A DNA stretch of 64,000 nucleotides, taken from positions 1,116,001-1,180,000 of the forward strand of contig JBODTK010000014.1 in assembly GCA_050613775.1 (NCBI GenBank), written 5' to 3'. Origin of the DNA: Neocallimastix sp. 'constans'. Taxonomy: Eukaryota. Positions 38,555-52,947 of this stretch are shown here, in pieces (positions within the stretch are counted from its first letter, which is position 1; each line of letters begins with the position of its first letter). Under the pieces are notes generated by a model. The model worked only from the letters and a program-made list of their open reading frames with translations, was not told where the DNA came from and ran no database searches. The translations under genes were made by a program, and so were the position numbers.

Positions 38555-41500
38555 TGATACAATATAAGTAATAAAGTATCAATTTCTTATTTTTATTTTA
38601 ATGGGGTCGAGCAAATAGGGAATTTATAAAATAATATATTCCATCTCAAAGTTAATGAATAATAATTTATACAAATAATAAATTTAATTATTTGTTTTTA
38701 AATCTTATATTTATTTATTTATTTTATTTATATAAAAATTATTACAATTATAGATTTATTATTATATTCCTCTGAATATAGTAATTATTAATTATTCTTA
38801 ACAATTTAATTTATATTAATATCTTTTATTAACAAATTAACTTATAAATGAAGAATCCCAACTCTTATTCTTTAAATATAAGTAATTAATCAACTATTTA
38901 ATTAACTAACTATTTAAACTAATTTATAATTTCTCTAAAACTATTGTTTTTATCTCAATTAGAATTCCTTCTAAAAAAAACATTAAGAACTCAATTACTT
39001 TTTATTTAATTATTCTATTTTATACTAAATTATCTTAAATATTATTGGTTATTGGTACATTAAATTTTTATCTTTACTAATTTTTACATTTTTATATAAT
39101 AATTAATTTGTATTTTGCTGTGGGTAACGTATCAAAACGCCTCCATTTAACTTTGACTTCGTCCCTTGAAGTCAATAATTAGTGATAAAATCAATATTAA
39201 TAATATAAATCTTAATTTTTTTTTTTTTTTTTTTTTGGTAACTCATAATTTTATTTTTATTATATATATTGAATAATTTTACTTTCATCATATTATTTAT
39301 TAAATTGAAATTAAAAAGAGATTTCGAAATTTAAATTTTGAAATTTAAAATTGAATTATTAATAATATTATTGTATATATATGTATATCTATATTTATAA
39401 TTTTCTTATGTGTATTGTTTATATCTTAACGTGTCATTCATAATGTAATTTATTTTCATTGTCATTTAAAATAAAATAAATAAATAATAATAATAAAAAA
39501 AATAATTGAATATTGTATTATTGTTTAAATATTATTATGTATACACAAATGCTAAGTATATATATATCAGCTTAATTATTAATATTAATAATATTATTTA
39601 TCATTTTTATTATGATATTACTTATTTTCCAAAATAAATTATTTATATATTATTTTATATAATATATATTATATCTTTGTTATTCATAAATTGTCGGATT
39701 AAATTATACTATACTATATATTACTTATTTTATTATCTATTTTATATTATATTATCTAAGTTTTATATAAATTTTTTTATACTATTATACTATTTATATA
39801 TATATTAATATTTCTAATTTATTTACTATATTTTATATTACTTTATATATTTTATTCAATTATATATATTATCTTTTATTATATCTGCAATTGCTATTAT
39901 TATTATTATTATCCTATATGATATTATATTATTTATATTTTTTTTGTTATAAAGCTATTATATATTTATTCAATAATATTATTTTTATTATCTATTATAT
40001 ATGATTGCTGTTATTTATTTATATATATTCCATATCTTATTATTGATTATTATTATTAAATTTACTAATGATATTTATATTACTTTATATATTTATTTAT
40101 CTATTTTTATATATATATATATACATTTTATCTATTGTATTTTTTTTTATATATTTTATATTTATCTGATTAATTTTATATATTTATATGTTATATATTT
40201 TATTTCTCATCATCTTCTATAATGGATGTTTCTATCAGCAACTTCTCCTATAATTGGGTCACAAACGGATACCGTGTTTAATTCTTGTTTTATAATCTTC
40301 AAAGGACCTGTAAAGAATGGGTCAAGTTTTTTTCTGTTAAACACCTTCACTAAGTACCAAGTCACCAGGCTTATAGTTACTTTTTAAACGTCTAATTTGT
40401 TTTATTCTGTCCATCCAAAGTTTATTCGCGGTCTCAATGTTTCTAATAAATTCTCGGATCCATCTATCATGGATGATGAACTTCCTTAATACATATTCTT
40501 CTTCGTTTTCGAATTCGTTTCTCCGGTCTATATTCATAGATAATTCAAAAGGCTGAAGATCTCTACGGCCATACAATAATTCGAAACTACTGTGTTTTGT
40601 AATTTCGCTTTTGCTCTTTCTTAGTGCCCATAACGCGTTATACAGTGTTTCATCCCATTGTTTATTATTCTCACCAAGTAGTCTAAGGTATTTGTAGATC
40701 TCACGGTTGCGGTTTTCCACCTCCCCGTTTGAGGTAGGATTATATGTTGTAATGTATTGCCCATATACATCATGCAAATCCAAAAATGCTTTTGTCTTAT
40801 CCGATACGAATTGAGGTCCATTATCTGTAACTAAAACTTCAGGAATTCCATAACGTGAGAATACCGACTTTAAAAACTTAATAACGTCTTCGGATTCAGT
40901 TGATTTAAGTGGCTCAGCTTCAGTCCACTTTGTAATATAGTCAAAAAGTACAATTATATATTTATTTCCATTTTTTGCGAGAGGAAGGGGCCCAACCAGA
41001 TCTAATCCAACTTTGGAGAATGGATATCCTGGTGGTGTCGCATTATTTTCAGTGTAGTGGTTAAGTGGTTGTCGACAAGTTTGACACTTATGACAACACT
41101 TAATAAAGTTGATTATATCTTTTTTCATGTTCATCCAATAGTAGTCTCTCATTAAATGATAATAAATCTTATAAATTCTTTCATGTCCTATGTTATGTGC
41201 TGCATTAATAAGTTTTATTTGTTCAGTTTTATCTTTAAAAATCCTTCTGAGCTTACCATCTTGTTTATAATACTCAATACCATTTATATTAATAATTTTC
41301 TTTTTAATAAATTCTCTCATATATGTGTTAATAGTATCAGAATCTGAATCCGCAATAACATTAGAAGGTAAATTATTATGATTAATAATTATATTAATAG
41401 TTTCCATAGGTTGATCCGAAACTGGTTTGTAAGAAGAAATATTATTCATAATTAAATCATTAATATTAATATTATTATTATCATCATCATTATTATTAAG

Positions 41501-42750
41501 TGTTACCATTCTTGATAGTGCATCAGCAAAAAAAATATTCTTGCTTTCTTCATATGCTACTTGAACATTTAAAATACTGAGTTCAGTAATCCATTTCAAG
41601 TGACGGCTGTTGGTTGGTTCTCTCTTAGCAAATATATATACAAGTGGTTTATGATCAGTATAAATCATTGTATTAAACGGGCTTCCAGAAATATATGGTT
41701 TAAATTTTTGAACACAGTGATAAACTGCTTTTCCTTCAAGGTCCGTTATACTGTAATTAAGTTCTGAGTTAGACAAGGTACGACTTTAAAAGTAAATTGG
41801 GACTTCTATACTATCTTGGTTCTTTTGTAACAATACACCTCCTAGACCATCACGAGAAGAGTCAGTTCTAATAATAAACGGTTTTTAATGATTAGGAGCT
41901 GTTAAAATAGGTGCTTCAATTAGCTTATTCTTTAATAAATGAAATGAGTTAGTACAATCTTCAGTCCAACAAAAAGGTGCGTCTTTCTTCAATAGTTGAT
42001 ATAAAAGCTTTGCAATCATGGCGAAATTTTTGATAAATTTTCTATAATACGAAACTGCTTCTAATAACGACCTTACCTGTTTCAAATTCTTCAGAGGTAG
42101 CCATTGATATAACTTTTACCTTGTCATTTAAAGGAGATAATCCTTTTGTGGAAAGCAAATGCCCTAAGATTTTGACTTCAGTTTGAAAGAAAGAACATTT
42201 TTCCAAATTTATTTTTAATTCATTTTCTTGTAAAATTGTAAATACCTTATGTAAGTGACAAATATGTTCATCTAAACACTTTAAAAATATAATTAGATCT
42301 TCAATATACACGAACATGCAGTCTTCTATCAAATCAAAGAAGATACGATTCATCTCTCTTTGAAAAGTGGCGGGAGCATTGCAAAATCCAAAGGGCATTA
42401 CACGGAAGTTGTAGTTGCCAAACATAGTTGTAAAAGCGGTTTTATCCCGGCTGTATCCATGGGAATCTGGTGATATCCAGTGTATAAATCAATAATGGAT
42501 AGAAATTTTATGTTATCACCAGCTAATGATAGAATATCGTCAATAAGAGGTAAAACATATGAATCTTTTATAGTTAAATCGTTTAATTTTCGATAATCTA
42601 CACATGACCTCCAATCTTTATTCTTTTTTTGGACTAAAACAATAGGTGAAGACCATTGAGAAGAGGATGGTTCGATAAGCCAGTCTCTAATTAGTTTCTT
42701 CAATATTTTCTTTAAAGCTTTGGTTTGATCTTTGGTTAACCGATAGGCTC
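38555..42750 (-). mobile_element. Gypsy element F, 5' truncated: RT-RH-IN, ~1-kb AT-rich 3' UTR, PPT region, 3' LTR 38555-39134
   Basis: LTR termini TGATAC...GTATCA; purine-rich AAAGTTAAATGGAGG just upstream on the minus strand; pol motifs in the next feature. Confidence 0.8.
40230..42750 (-). pseudogene. pol: Gypsy pol (RT, RNase H, integrase)
   Basis: WSSPIVLV; CVDYRKLN; MPFGFCNAPATFQ; YTDHKPL; HHCC region; GLDLVGPL; VTDNGPQF; NGEVEN; FTGP (GPY/F). Confidence 0.92.
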
Positions 42751-42751
42751 T

Positions 42752-45490
42752 AAGGGTTTGTGATCTGTATAAATCACTGTTTCCTAATATATATAGCTTA
42801 AATTTTGTTATAGAATAATATAAAGCTGCACCTTCCAGGTCTGTAATTCCATAATTATTTTCTGCTTTTGTTAAGGTTATACTTACCTAATGAATGGGAT
42901 GTTCAGTAACACCATCCTCCCTTTTTGGAGTAAAACCCCACCGAGTCCTTTATAGGAAGCATCTCTTCGAATTATAAAAGAAGGAGATTAAAACATAGGT
43001 CTTGTTCCGAGGTCCTAATAAATTTTTGATTCTTTTTAAGCAGCCGGCATAAGGGTTCCATAGCGGCAGAAAAGTTCTTAATGAATTGACGGTAATAACC
43101 AACAGCACCAAGAAAAGATCTCAATTCAGATTCATTAGTCCGAGGACTCCAATTACAAATAGATTCCACTTTTTATAGGAAGAGGTTTCAAACCTTTACT
43201 TGTAAGAAGATGACCAAGAACCTTCACTTCTGATTTCATAAAGGTGCATTTCTCTATATTAATTTTAAGGTTCTTTTCTTTAAGAATAGATAAAACTTGA
43301 TTCAAATAGATTAAATGTTCCTCTTAAGATTTAGAATAAATAAGAATATCATCAATAAAATTGTAAACACACTTACCAATAAGGGGAAAAAGAATTTGGT
43401 TCATTTCTCTCTGAAAGGTTGCAGGAGCGTTGCAAAGACCAAAGGGCATTACTTTAAAACAAAAGTTTCTAAAAAGTGTAGTGAAGCTAGTGATGTCTAC
43501 GCTGTCGGGATGCATGGGTATCTGATGATATCCAGAATAAAGATCTAAGGTAGAGAAAACGGTAGCACCATTACGACCATCAAAAATCTCGTCAATAAAG
43601 GGAAGAGAATAAGCGTCTTTAATGGTAACATCATTGACTTTTCTGTTATCAATACAGATTCTCCATTTACCATTGCTTTTAGGTACAATTACTACCAGAG
43701 AGGACCACGCTGAATGAGAAGGGACAATTAATTTTTTGTTTATAAGTTTTATAAGCTCCTTTTTCAGAATATCAGCCTTAAATTTTGATATACGGTAACT
43801 TCGCTGTTTAATTGGTTGGGTTCCAGGAATTAAATTGATTTCATGCAGAGTTAATTTGGACTGTGAAAGATCATCACTAGAAGTTGCAATAATAGAGATA
43901 TAATCTTCAAGAATTTTAACTACTCTTGGCCTATACCGTTCATTTGTAGTATTAAGGTATGAATCATTATGAATATAATTCAATGGGGTTAAAATTTCTG
44001 ATGATTCTTGTTGGTGTTCTTTGAATTGAGTTCGATTAATATAGCTTTCATTTTTAATTAAACACATTGTACCTTCTGATTCTGGGGAAAGATTTGGATT
44101 AGAAAGATCGTTATCTATTTCCTTAAAAGCAAACTAGCTTTTCATCGTCAAGATCTTGATTAAGATATGCCAAAACTTCATACAATCCATCATCTTTCAT
44201 GTGACTCAACTTATTTTCATGTGGAAATACAACTAATTTATGATCAGCTTGAGCTTTCAATCCAAATAAAATGTCGTAGAAAGGATCGGGATTATCTAAT
44301 ACTCTGAAATCAAGCGTAAGAGGGTAGTTTCCTATATAGAAAGAAAACTGAACAATATTACCATAGCTGTCAGGACAATCCTTAGCTGCTTGCCGAATTT
44401 TACCAGATCAATGTTATTGACAATGGTTACTGAGGGTTCTAAATTCGAAACAGCGTTAATAATATTAGTTTTATTTAATTTAAGTAACTTACTCAATTCA
44501 TTTCTAACTTTTGGACTAATATCTAATAGTTGTCCTAAGGTAATTTGACTGACAAATGAATTCAACTTGTCTTTAATATTGTAATTTTTCTTTCCTTCTA
44601 CAAGTTGAATATGTCGTTTAACCTTTGGTTTAGGATTAATTTCTTGATCCAAAGGATTCTTAAGTCTTCTATCATTATCTTTAAACTCTTGTTCTATTTT
44701 CTTTTCCTTCCTAATAGAGGGATTGCTTAGGATAGATGGATGTAACTGATCTAATTTTTCTGTCAAGTCATGAGGCATGGGTGTTTTTTGCCTGGTTTGC
44801 TTTTCTTGTAATCTTAAAGCAGGAGTATCAAGAGGTCTATTCTCAGATGGTAAGTTTTTATATCAAACCTTATTTAATGGGTTTAATTGGTTTTCCGCTT
44901 TCCTTTTGATAGCATTAATCGAATTGTTTTCTTTTTCTTGAAAGTTATCTTTATCGTTTTGGTTTTGGGGAAGATTTAAAAATGAAGCATTTTCATTTAC
45001 TACGGGAGTGCTTCTACTCCCTTTTAGAAGTTTAAAGATTTATTATCATTGTTAAAAATTATTTTTTTATTTTCATTTATAATTTTATTTAATTTTGGAC
45101 AGTCTGCTTGAAAATGACCTTTTTCTTTACAATAGAAACAAGTTATTTTAGATACATCTCTTGAGTTTTTCATGAATGGGGATTTAAGTACCTCTTTCTC
45201 TTTTTCATATATCTTTTATCTAATATTTTTAGTTAGAGTTGTTTTTATTGTTATTAAAGTTTTCATTTAAATTCGGATTTAATCTGTCCAACTTCTCAAC
45301 TAATAAGAATGCTTTTTTCAATTTGATGCTGTCTCCTCTAAGAAAAACCATTTTCCATGCTTCGTAATTTGGTTGCAGAGAGTCAATGTAGTCTAAAACA
45401 CTAATAACCTTTCTTCTTTTCTTGTCTAATTAGCTATAGAGATTTCTATACCTAAAATTAAAATCTTTAATCTTTTCGTTCCTTTTGATC
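42752..45490 (-). pseudogene. gag-pol: Gypsy element G gag-pol fragment (gag C-half, partial PR, RT, RNase H)
   Basis: CFYCKEKGHFQADC (~45100-45140); ITLGQLLDISP; LDLYSGYHQI; FIDD; SFLGAVGYYR; fused at YTDHKPL to the RT of element F. Confidence 0.88.
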
Positions 45491-47150
45491 CGGAGTCTAT
45501 CATGAGTTTTATTTTTAAAGGCTTATTGTTGAAGGATATAGTAAAAGTATTAGTCATTTTCCCTGTAAAACTGGGTGTGAAATTTGCTGATAATAAGTTT
45601 TTCTTTTTTGTTCTTAATTCGTTATGTTTGAAATGATTAAATGCTTTGTTATCGTTCTTGTTCAGCTCATGTATATTCATTCTGTACGTTGATTTTTTGT
45701 TAAATTTGTTAATATGAATGTTGGTAACTTTATTATTCAAAAGACATCGTTTATCAATTTCAATTATGTTGGTAGCTTCAAATAAAGTCTGAGGTTTATT
45801 TTTTACCTTATCAAATTCTTTAACCTCATCAATTAGTTCACGTCTTATTAAGTCTATAAGGATATTATCTTGCCATCCGATCCTCCTTAACAACCTTCTA
45901 AATTCAATGGTATAAAAGGTAGCTTTACCTAAATGTTTTTGTTTTAACTCCAATAATTGTTCGATAAGAGCGTATTTCTGCTCTTTCGTATCTCCAAAAT
46001 TTTTTATAAGTAGATGTTTAAATTTTTTATAACTTAAACTTTTTAAAATATTATCCGTTTTTAGGGAGAGACCCCATTTTTTTGCAACACCGTGAAGTTT
46101 ATTAATAACAAAGGTGTTTTTATATATGTCCGATGGAAAAGAGTTTGGATATTCTTGAAAGAACATTTCACTTTGTTCCAGGACGTCGTTAATATTCATC
46201 AACGTTTCATCTTCGTCTTTTGATAAGTTACCATTTAATGAAAAGAATGTTGGAATGAACTCAGGGTAGAGATAAATTTTGAAGTTTCATTTTCTTTAGG
46301 GGCATACTCTTTCATACTTTGATCATTTAGTTCCATCTTGATTTATTTTCCTAAAAGAAAAATTAATATATAAAATAAAATAAAAAGTTAGGTAGTATCA
46401 TGCAATTTTTAGTGAAATAAAATATTAATAATTACATTTTACTAAATATAATAATTATATTATTATTATTTTCTTTTATAATTTTAAATAAATATACTTA
46501 AAAAATTATTTCATAGAGTAATTGTTTTTTGTGTTAAATTATTATATTCTTATATTTTTATAAACCATACCAGATGGTTTAAAGGTAAGTTTTATATAAA
46601 ATAATGTAGCTAATAACAAATAATTTAAAGACTAAGATAATTCAACACCTCTCTATTCGGGTTGTTGTAAGAAACATTAATATTAATCTTCAATTATTAT
46701 ATAATACCACCTAAAATATATCACGCAACACTATTTCACTCAATTCGTAAATAGTTGGCTGGGCTTACAGTAAGTATTTATTTATTTTTAAGTAATTAAT
46801 TTTTAATATTATAATGTTTGTTATAATTTACTTTAATAATAATGCTAATACGTTAACTATACAATTACATTTTATTTATACATGAGAATATTTTAATGGT
46901 TGGATACATTATTAATATATTTAAACTTACAAATTATTTATAATACTATCTAAAAATAAATTTGACTAAATATAGAAATTAATAAAAATATAATAAAATA
47001 ATTGTACATTTATTGTATAAAACTAAGCTAAGATTTTATTTTATTAGCTAATATTGCTAACAATTTTAAGATACATTAAGTTACCACAATGATATCATTG
47101 GACAGGTAACATTTGACCATGTATCTATGACAAATGCTTATATCGTTACA
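45487..47150 (-). mobile_element. gag: Gypsy element H: 5' LTR (starts TGTAACGATAT at 47150), gag and start of protease
   Basis: gag is homologous to 14571-15404 (FGDTKEQKYALIEQL, FYTIEFRRL); it breaks at MIDSGS. Confidence 0.82.
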
Positions 47151-47710
47151 ATCTTCAGACAATCTAAGCTAACACCAACTCAGAGAAAATTAGTAGAATT
47201 AAAATCAGAATATAAAGATTTCCATGAAAACAGAAGTTAGAATAATTATAAAAAGATTAGAATAATTATAAAATAGAGATAATAAAAATAGAGAAAATAT
47301 ATTCCATAGATTAGATAAGGTGATTTGGGCATTATGTAGCCTATATCAGTTGTGAGTTTACTCGACGTTCTTAGACGTTTTTTAAGTTATGATATTTCAG
47401 ATGGAAGGTAGCTTGTTCCTATTGATGGATGCACACTTGGTTTGATGAATTTTGAGTTTCGACTTGATGGATAGATTAACCGAGATTCAAAGCTTGATGG
47501 ATGGATTATCTAGAACTATAATTATTTCTTGTAGGGTTTACCAATCAGGATAAAGGAAGTTCCAGAGTTCACAACAAGACTAAATTTATCTAAAATATTA
47601 TTAAAATTTTGAATATAATATATGAAATGTAATGATAGGTTAGTGGAACATGGAATGGATTAACACATCTAAAACAAGGTAGTGAATGTGTTTTCAACGG
47701 AAGTCGATAT

Positions 47711-48113
47711 TGTAACGAATTGGTTTTATCTCACCAAGTTGTTGTAATTGATTAATAGTAAACAAATAACACAGAAATAGAAAAATATAATAATTATTTA
47801 TGGTTTTATATTGTTATTTTATTTATTATTAATTAGATGTTAATATCGATTTTCAAAGTCAAAATATTATAAATACATGATTTTTTTATATTAAAAAATC
47901 TATTCTAAAAATTGCATGATTGGTTATTAATAATTGTATAATTTTAATAATAAATAAATCGTATAACTAAAGTAAGTGTATAAATTTTAATAATTTAAAT
48001 AAATTATTTAATCCAAAAAGGTAAAAAGTAAAATTCAAACCAGTGACATTTATTATTCAAGGCAAGATAGGCACTATTAACTAACAGAAACCAAGATATA
48101 ACAATGCTGATAC
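47711..48113. repeat. LTR related to solo LTR 21538-22008 (inverted, one end clipped)
   Basis: TGTAACGA start; shared TTCAAACCAGTGACATTTA, AAGGCAAG and AACCAAGATATAAC. Confidence 0.8.
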
Positions 48114-48280
48114 AAGACGAAAAGAAATAATGATATTTTAAAATTACTATTAAATTTGTCAAGGATATAATATTTATTTATATTTATTATTATAAAAATA
48201 ATAATTTAATTAAAACTATAATTTGTACACCTTAATCCTTGTACCATTAATATCTTAATTAATAATGAACCCCAAATATT

Positions 48281-49740
48281 TGATAAAGTACGCCTATAGG
48301 TTCAAGTTCTCTTGTTGGGAGAAGTTTTATAAAGTTGTTATTTAATTATAAAATTTTATTTATTTATTATTTAAAAATAATTATAAAATTAATTAATACA
48401 TGAATTTAATTATTATTCGAAAATATAAAATAATTATAATATAATTTTGGCATAAAACTGTGCTGCAAAGAATAATCATAAAGAATTATTCTTGTTTTTA
48501 TATTTGAAATTCATAATAAACTAATTAATTAATTAATTAATTCTCTTAGAGTAACTATTAAGTATTTTAAAGTATTTAATATAAAAGTATAAAATAATAA
48601 TATAAAATATTAAAATAAAATATTCATAAAAATAATAATAAAAATATAAATTTATTATAATTAATAAAATATAAAATATTAATATAAAATAATAATTATT
48701 AAAAATAATAAAATATAATAAAATAAAATATCAAATTATAAAAAATAATAAAAATAATAAAAAGAAATTTATAAATTATTTCAATTTTAACATAACATAA
48801 AATTTATGTAATAAATTTTATGTTTACATTAATTTTTATGTTCTTTCATAATTTTATGTCTTTACATAATTTTAATTTTATCACGTTATTTTCGATCACG
48901 TTTTATTTAACGAATTTGCAAATGATTTATTAATTTATTTTTATGTAATTATTAATAAAATAATTTATTAATAATTAAAGTTTTTATTTACGTTTTATAT
49001 CATATTTTAATGATAAAGTACACCTTGGTTCACTCTCTTACTGGGAGAAGTTATATGAATTTATTTATGAAATTTATTAATATAATATAATTTCATTTAC
49101 TTATTTATTAAATATTTATTTATTTATTTTATAATTAAAATTTATTTAATTAACTAATAATTTTTATAACTTCATATTAAATATTACTAAATTAATTTTA
49201 CTAATAAAATATTTTTATTTTGGCAATTTATTATTATAATTTTAACTATTTGAATTGCATGAATGGCAATTTGCAAAACTGCAAAATTACAAAGAATAAA
49301 TATAAAGAAAAAAGTATTCTTTATATAATACTCTTTAATTATAAACTATTTTAAAATAATAAGAATTAAATATTCAGTTGAATATTATAAAAAGTATAAT
49401 ATAAATAATAAAATATTTTATATATATAATAATTAGAACCTATAAAAATATAATAAAAATATAATAAAAATAATTAAAATGAAATAAAATAAAACTTATT
49501 TAATTTATAAATTATTTACATATTTACATAACATAAAATTTATGTTATAAATTTTATGTTTACATTAATTTTATGTATTTTTAGAGAATTTATGATATTA
49601 CATAAATTTATCTTATATCACGTTATTTCTGGATCATTTTATAAATCATATGATAATTAATCAAGTGATTAATTGATTTGTAATTATTAATAAAATAATT
49701 TATTAATAATTAAGGTTTTTATTTTCATTTCATATCATTA
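48281..49740 (+). repeat. Two diverged ~730-bp tandem units
   Basis: Both begin TGATAAAGTAC..GGTTCA..TCTCTT..GGGAGAAGTT (48281 and 49011); 48790-49005 resembles 49525-49740. Confidence 0.65.
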
Positions 49741-50252
49741 ATTAATATTGTATTATGTATTAATTAATATTACCCCTTATATATTAATATAGTTGAATAT
49801 TATTTATAAAAATATTTTTATTAAATTATATTATTTTATTTTTTTTATTACGTTATTTATTTTTATATTATTATATTTATATATTATTTTATTTATCGCT
49901 TTATATATTCTAATTATATTTTTATATTATCTTTTAAATTTAGTATTTATTAAAATATATTATTAAATATTTTTTATTGTTTTTCAAAAAAATATAAAAG
50001 AACTAAGAATTATTCTTTTTTTAAATCTTTATAAAATTATTATTTATAAAATAATCTGATTACTTTTATAATAAAACATATTAAATAAAAATTTGCTAAT
50101 TAAAAGCTTAATTATGAAATAATATAATATTATAATTTATAAGAGATAATAATTAAATAAAACAATAATAAATATTAATACTTAATAGATTGAGTTATTA
50201 GATTAAAGGCTTCCGACCAAGTTTATCTTTTAATTCAAACAAAAACTTAACA

Positions 50253-50785
50253 ATAATCTTAACCATAATTTAGAAACTTCCTTGGAATTCCTAAATTTGG
50301 CCTAAGACACTCAGGTATTTATTCAGCAAAATCAGATGAAGAAATGGATTTGAATAATGAAGATTCAGTACAACAATTACGATCTGAAGCTACTCAAGCT
50401 TGTTACACTTTAGCAGATGTTCAGCAACTGAGAAATGATACCACATAAGAATGTAGTATTATAGTTTCTGGGGAGAATGAAAACTTCGTATCTAAAGAAA
50501 ATTTACAAAATTACCATCAAGAGGTTATGAAATAATTCGAAGTTTATGATAGAATGAATAACGAAATATTGGCCTCTTTAGAATCATTGAAAAAGGCTAC
50601 TCTTTACTTTAAACATGAGTTATGTACTAAATCTCAAAAGGAAAATGCTTCTTCTGGTGCTACCTCATCAATTCCACTAACTTCTGGAAATCTTACAATA
50701 AATCTACATTCTATTTTTGACGATAACATCTTGGCAAGGTATGATAGTAATGTTATGTAGTCTGCTTACCCTGTCAATATAGCTC
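50253..50785 (+). pseudogene. gag: Gypsy gag N-terminal remnant, related to 36621-37205
   Basis: LADVQQLRND..NENFVSKENLQNY aligns with MSEVNKLRSD..NDSFLLKEDFNKY; preceded by an LTR-like end CTTAACA-ATAATCTT. Confidence 0.55.
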
Positions 50786-51730
50786 AAAAATAAACATAAA
50801 TTATTAATAGATTAAAAGTCTCAATTAGTTCAAAAATCTCATTATAATAACTAAATAATTAAAACCAAAACAATAACAAGCATTTTTACCGAAATTTGAA
50901 AATTAAATTATTTTTTCAATTTCAAATTTAGATAATTATAATTTAAATTACGTTTTAATATATAAAAAAATGGAAAAAACTATTCAATTAACATAGTTAA
51001 TACTACCGTTACTAAAAGAGAACTCATTCCAAGCTATTATCCATTTTGGGTCTCAGAAATGGATCTCATGTTAATATCTAAAGGTCTAGATGAACATATA
51101 TATGAAAAGAATGTAAAAATGCTCACTTAAAATTCACTTGACAATAAGAAGGTCCATTGTAAGAAGGTCAAAGGTTCAATTAAATATTACTATACCGAAG
51201 ATATCACTGACGATATGATTAAAAACAATAATAAAACTAAATTTTTAATCAGTACCAACATTGACGATAAAACTAAAAGTACAATAGACTTTAAGAACAA
51301 AACTACTTACGAAATTTGGAACTACTTGCAAGGTCTTTTTTTAAAAACAACGAAGAAATAAAATTAGAAATAAACAAAAATTGAACAGATAAAATACAAT
51401 ATAAATGATGATTTTGGAATATTTTTTTCTAATTTACTAAATACAATTGATAAACTAGAAGAACAAAGTGAGTCAAGTGACGAAAGAAAATTTAATTATT
51501 TTTATAATGCTCCTCCTAGTGACATTGTTCAATTAACCAATGTAATCTCATCAAGATAAATGGAAAAAATATTGTGAACAACTAAAAAAGACTATTCCAA
51601 GATTAAAATATTTACAAAGTCTAAAAAGTGATCAAGAGAAAATTAAGGTTCTGAAATAAACAATAAGATGAGGGTTTTTTGTTATTTGTTTCAAATGTGA
51701 CAAAGCAGGCAGCATAGTATATGACTTTAG
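50786..51730 (+). pseudogene. gag: Copia E-family remnant: LTR tail, PBS (50810-50823), decayed gag
   Basis: Colinear with 33370-34348; PBS GATTAAAAGTCTCA. Confidence 0.88.
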
Positions 51731-51733
51731 AGC

Positions 51734-52947
51734 TGATATGCAGGACTTTTATGTGCTACTAATTTTTTATAGTATCGTTATATTTAATTAACTTTTATTA
51801 ATATATTTTAATTTATGAACCCAATTAATCAGGGTCTTCTCCAAATTTACAATAAAGAAAAGTAATTATTAGGAAATCTTTATAATAATTTACAAATATT
51901 AATAATAATAAATGTACATTTAAAATATAATATATTGAAGTCTAATATAATATATAATAAATATATATTACAAATAATAAATATAACTATATAATTCTTA
52001 AAATGAAAATAAGAATAATAAAGTTAAATACATAAGAATATAATTATATAATAAATATGAATATAATAAATAATATCAATTATATATATATTTAATTATT
52101 AAAATAACTAAAACTATTTCATTATATTATAATATATAGAAGAATTATATATTTTTAATATAAACTTTAAAATAAATAAAAATATTTAAATGATATATAA
52201 TAATAATATTCTTATTATATATTTAGAAGAAATTAACTATTTAATTTAATATATAATGTATTATCATTAATAATATATGAATATTGAATAATATATGGAT
52301 AAGAAATTATTTCAAATATTATTATTGAAAGAAGGGATATAAATTTAATATTTAATAATTATTAGTAAATATACAAATATGTTGCTACATATATTTGTTT
52401 TATATCAATATTGATATACGGGACTTTAATGTACTATATTTTAATTATAATAAAATAGTTATATCTTTAATTAATTTATTATTACTTTTCCTGAATAATT
52501 AAAAACCCCTTTTTCTAAAATAATTTTATTAGAAATTGGTTATTTATTAGGAAATTACATTTTAAAATTATAAATTTAATTATATAAAATACATATTTAA
52601 ACATATAATATAAAATTATATATAAGAATATCAATATTTAAATAATAAATGTATATTATATGCAAGAATATAAAATAAATATAAAATAATACAAAGTAAT
52701 ATATTATATAATATAAAATAAGATTATTTAAGTTCTATTAAAGTTAAATATAAGAATATTATTATATTTTAACATAATATATAAATATAAAATAAATATA
52801 TAATTTAATATATATTATAATAGTAATTATAATATAATAATGAATAACCAATAATATATGATAAAAATTATTATCAAAAAAATATAAATTTAATATTTAG
52901 TATATTAAATATACAAATATATTACTACATATATTTGTTTTAGATCA
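51734..52947. repeat. Two adjacent diverged LTR-like units (51734-52407 and 52412-52947)
   Basis: Both start TGATAT..GGACTTT.ATGT.CTA and end CTACATATATTTGTTTTA.ATCA; 4-bp spacer. Confidence 0.6.

Noticed and set aside
40001..40222. Hydrophobic ORF as an env-like or membrane protein (also 14335-14532 and 63065-63295)
   Set aside because: I/Y/F/L-rich translations are the expected product of low-complexity AT DNA.
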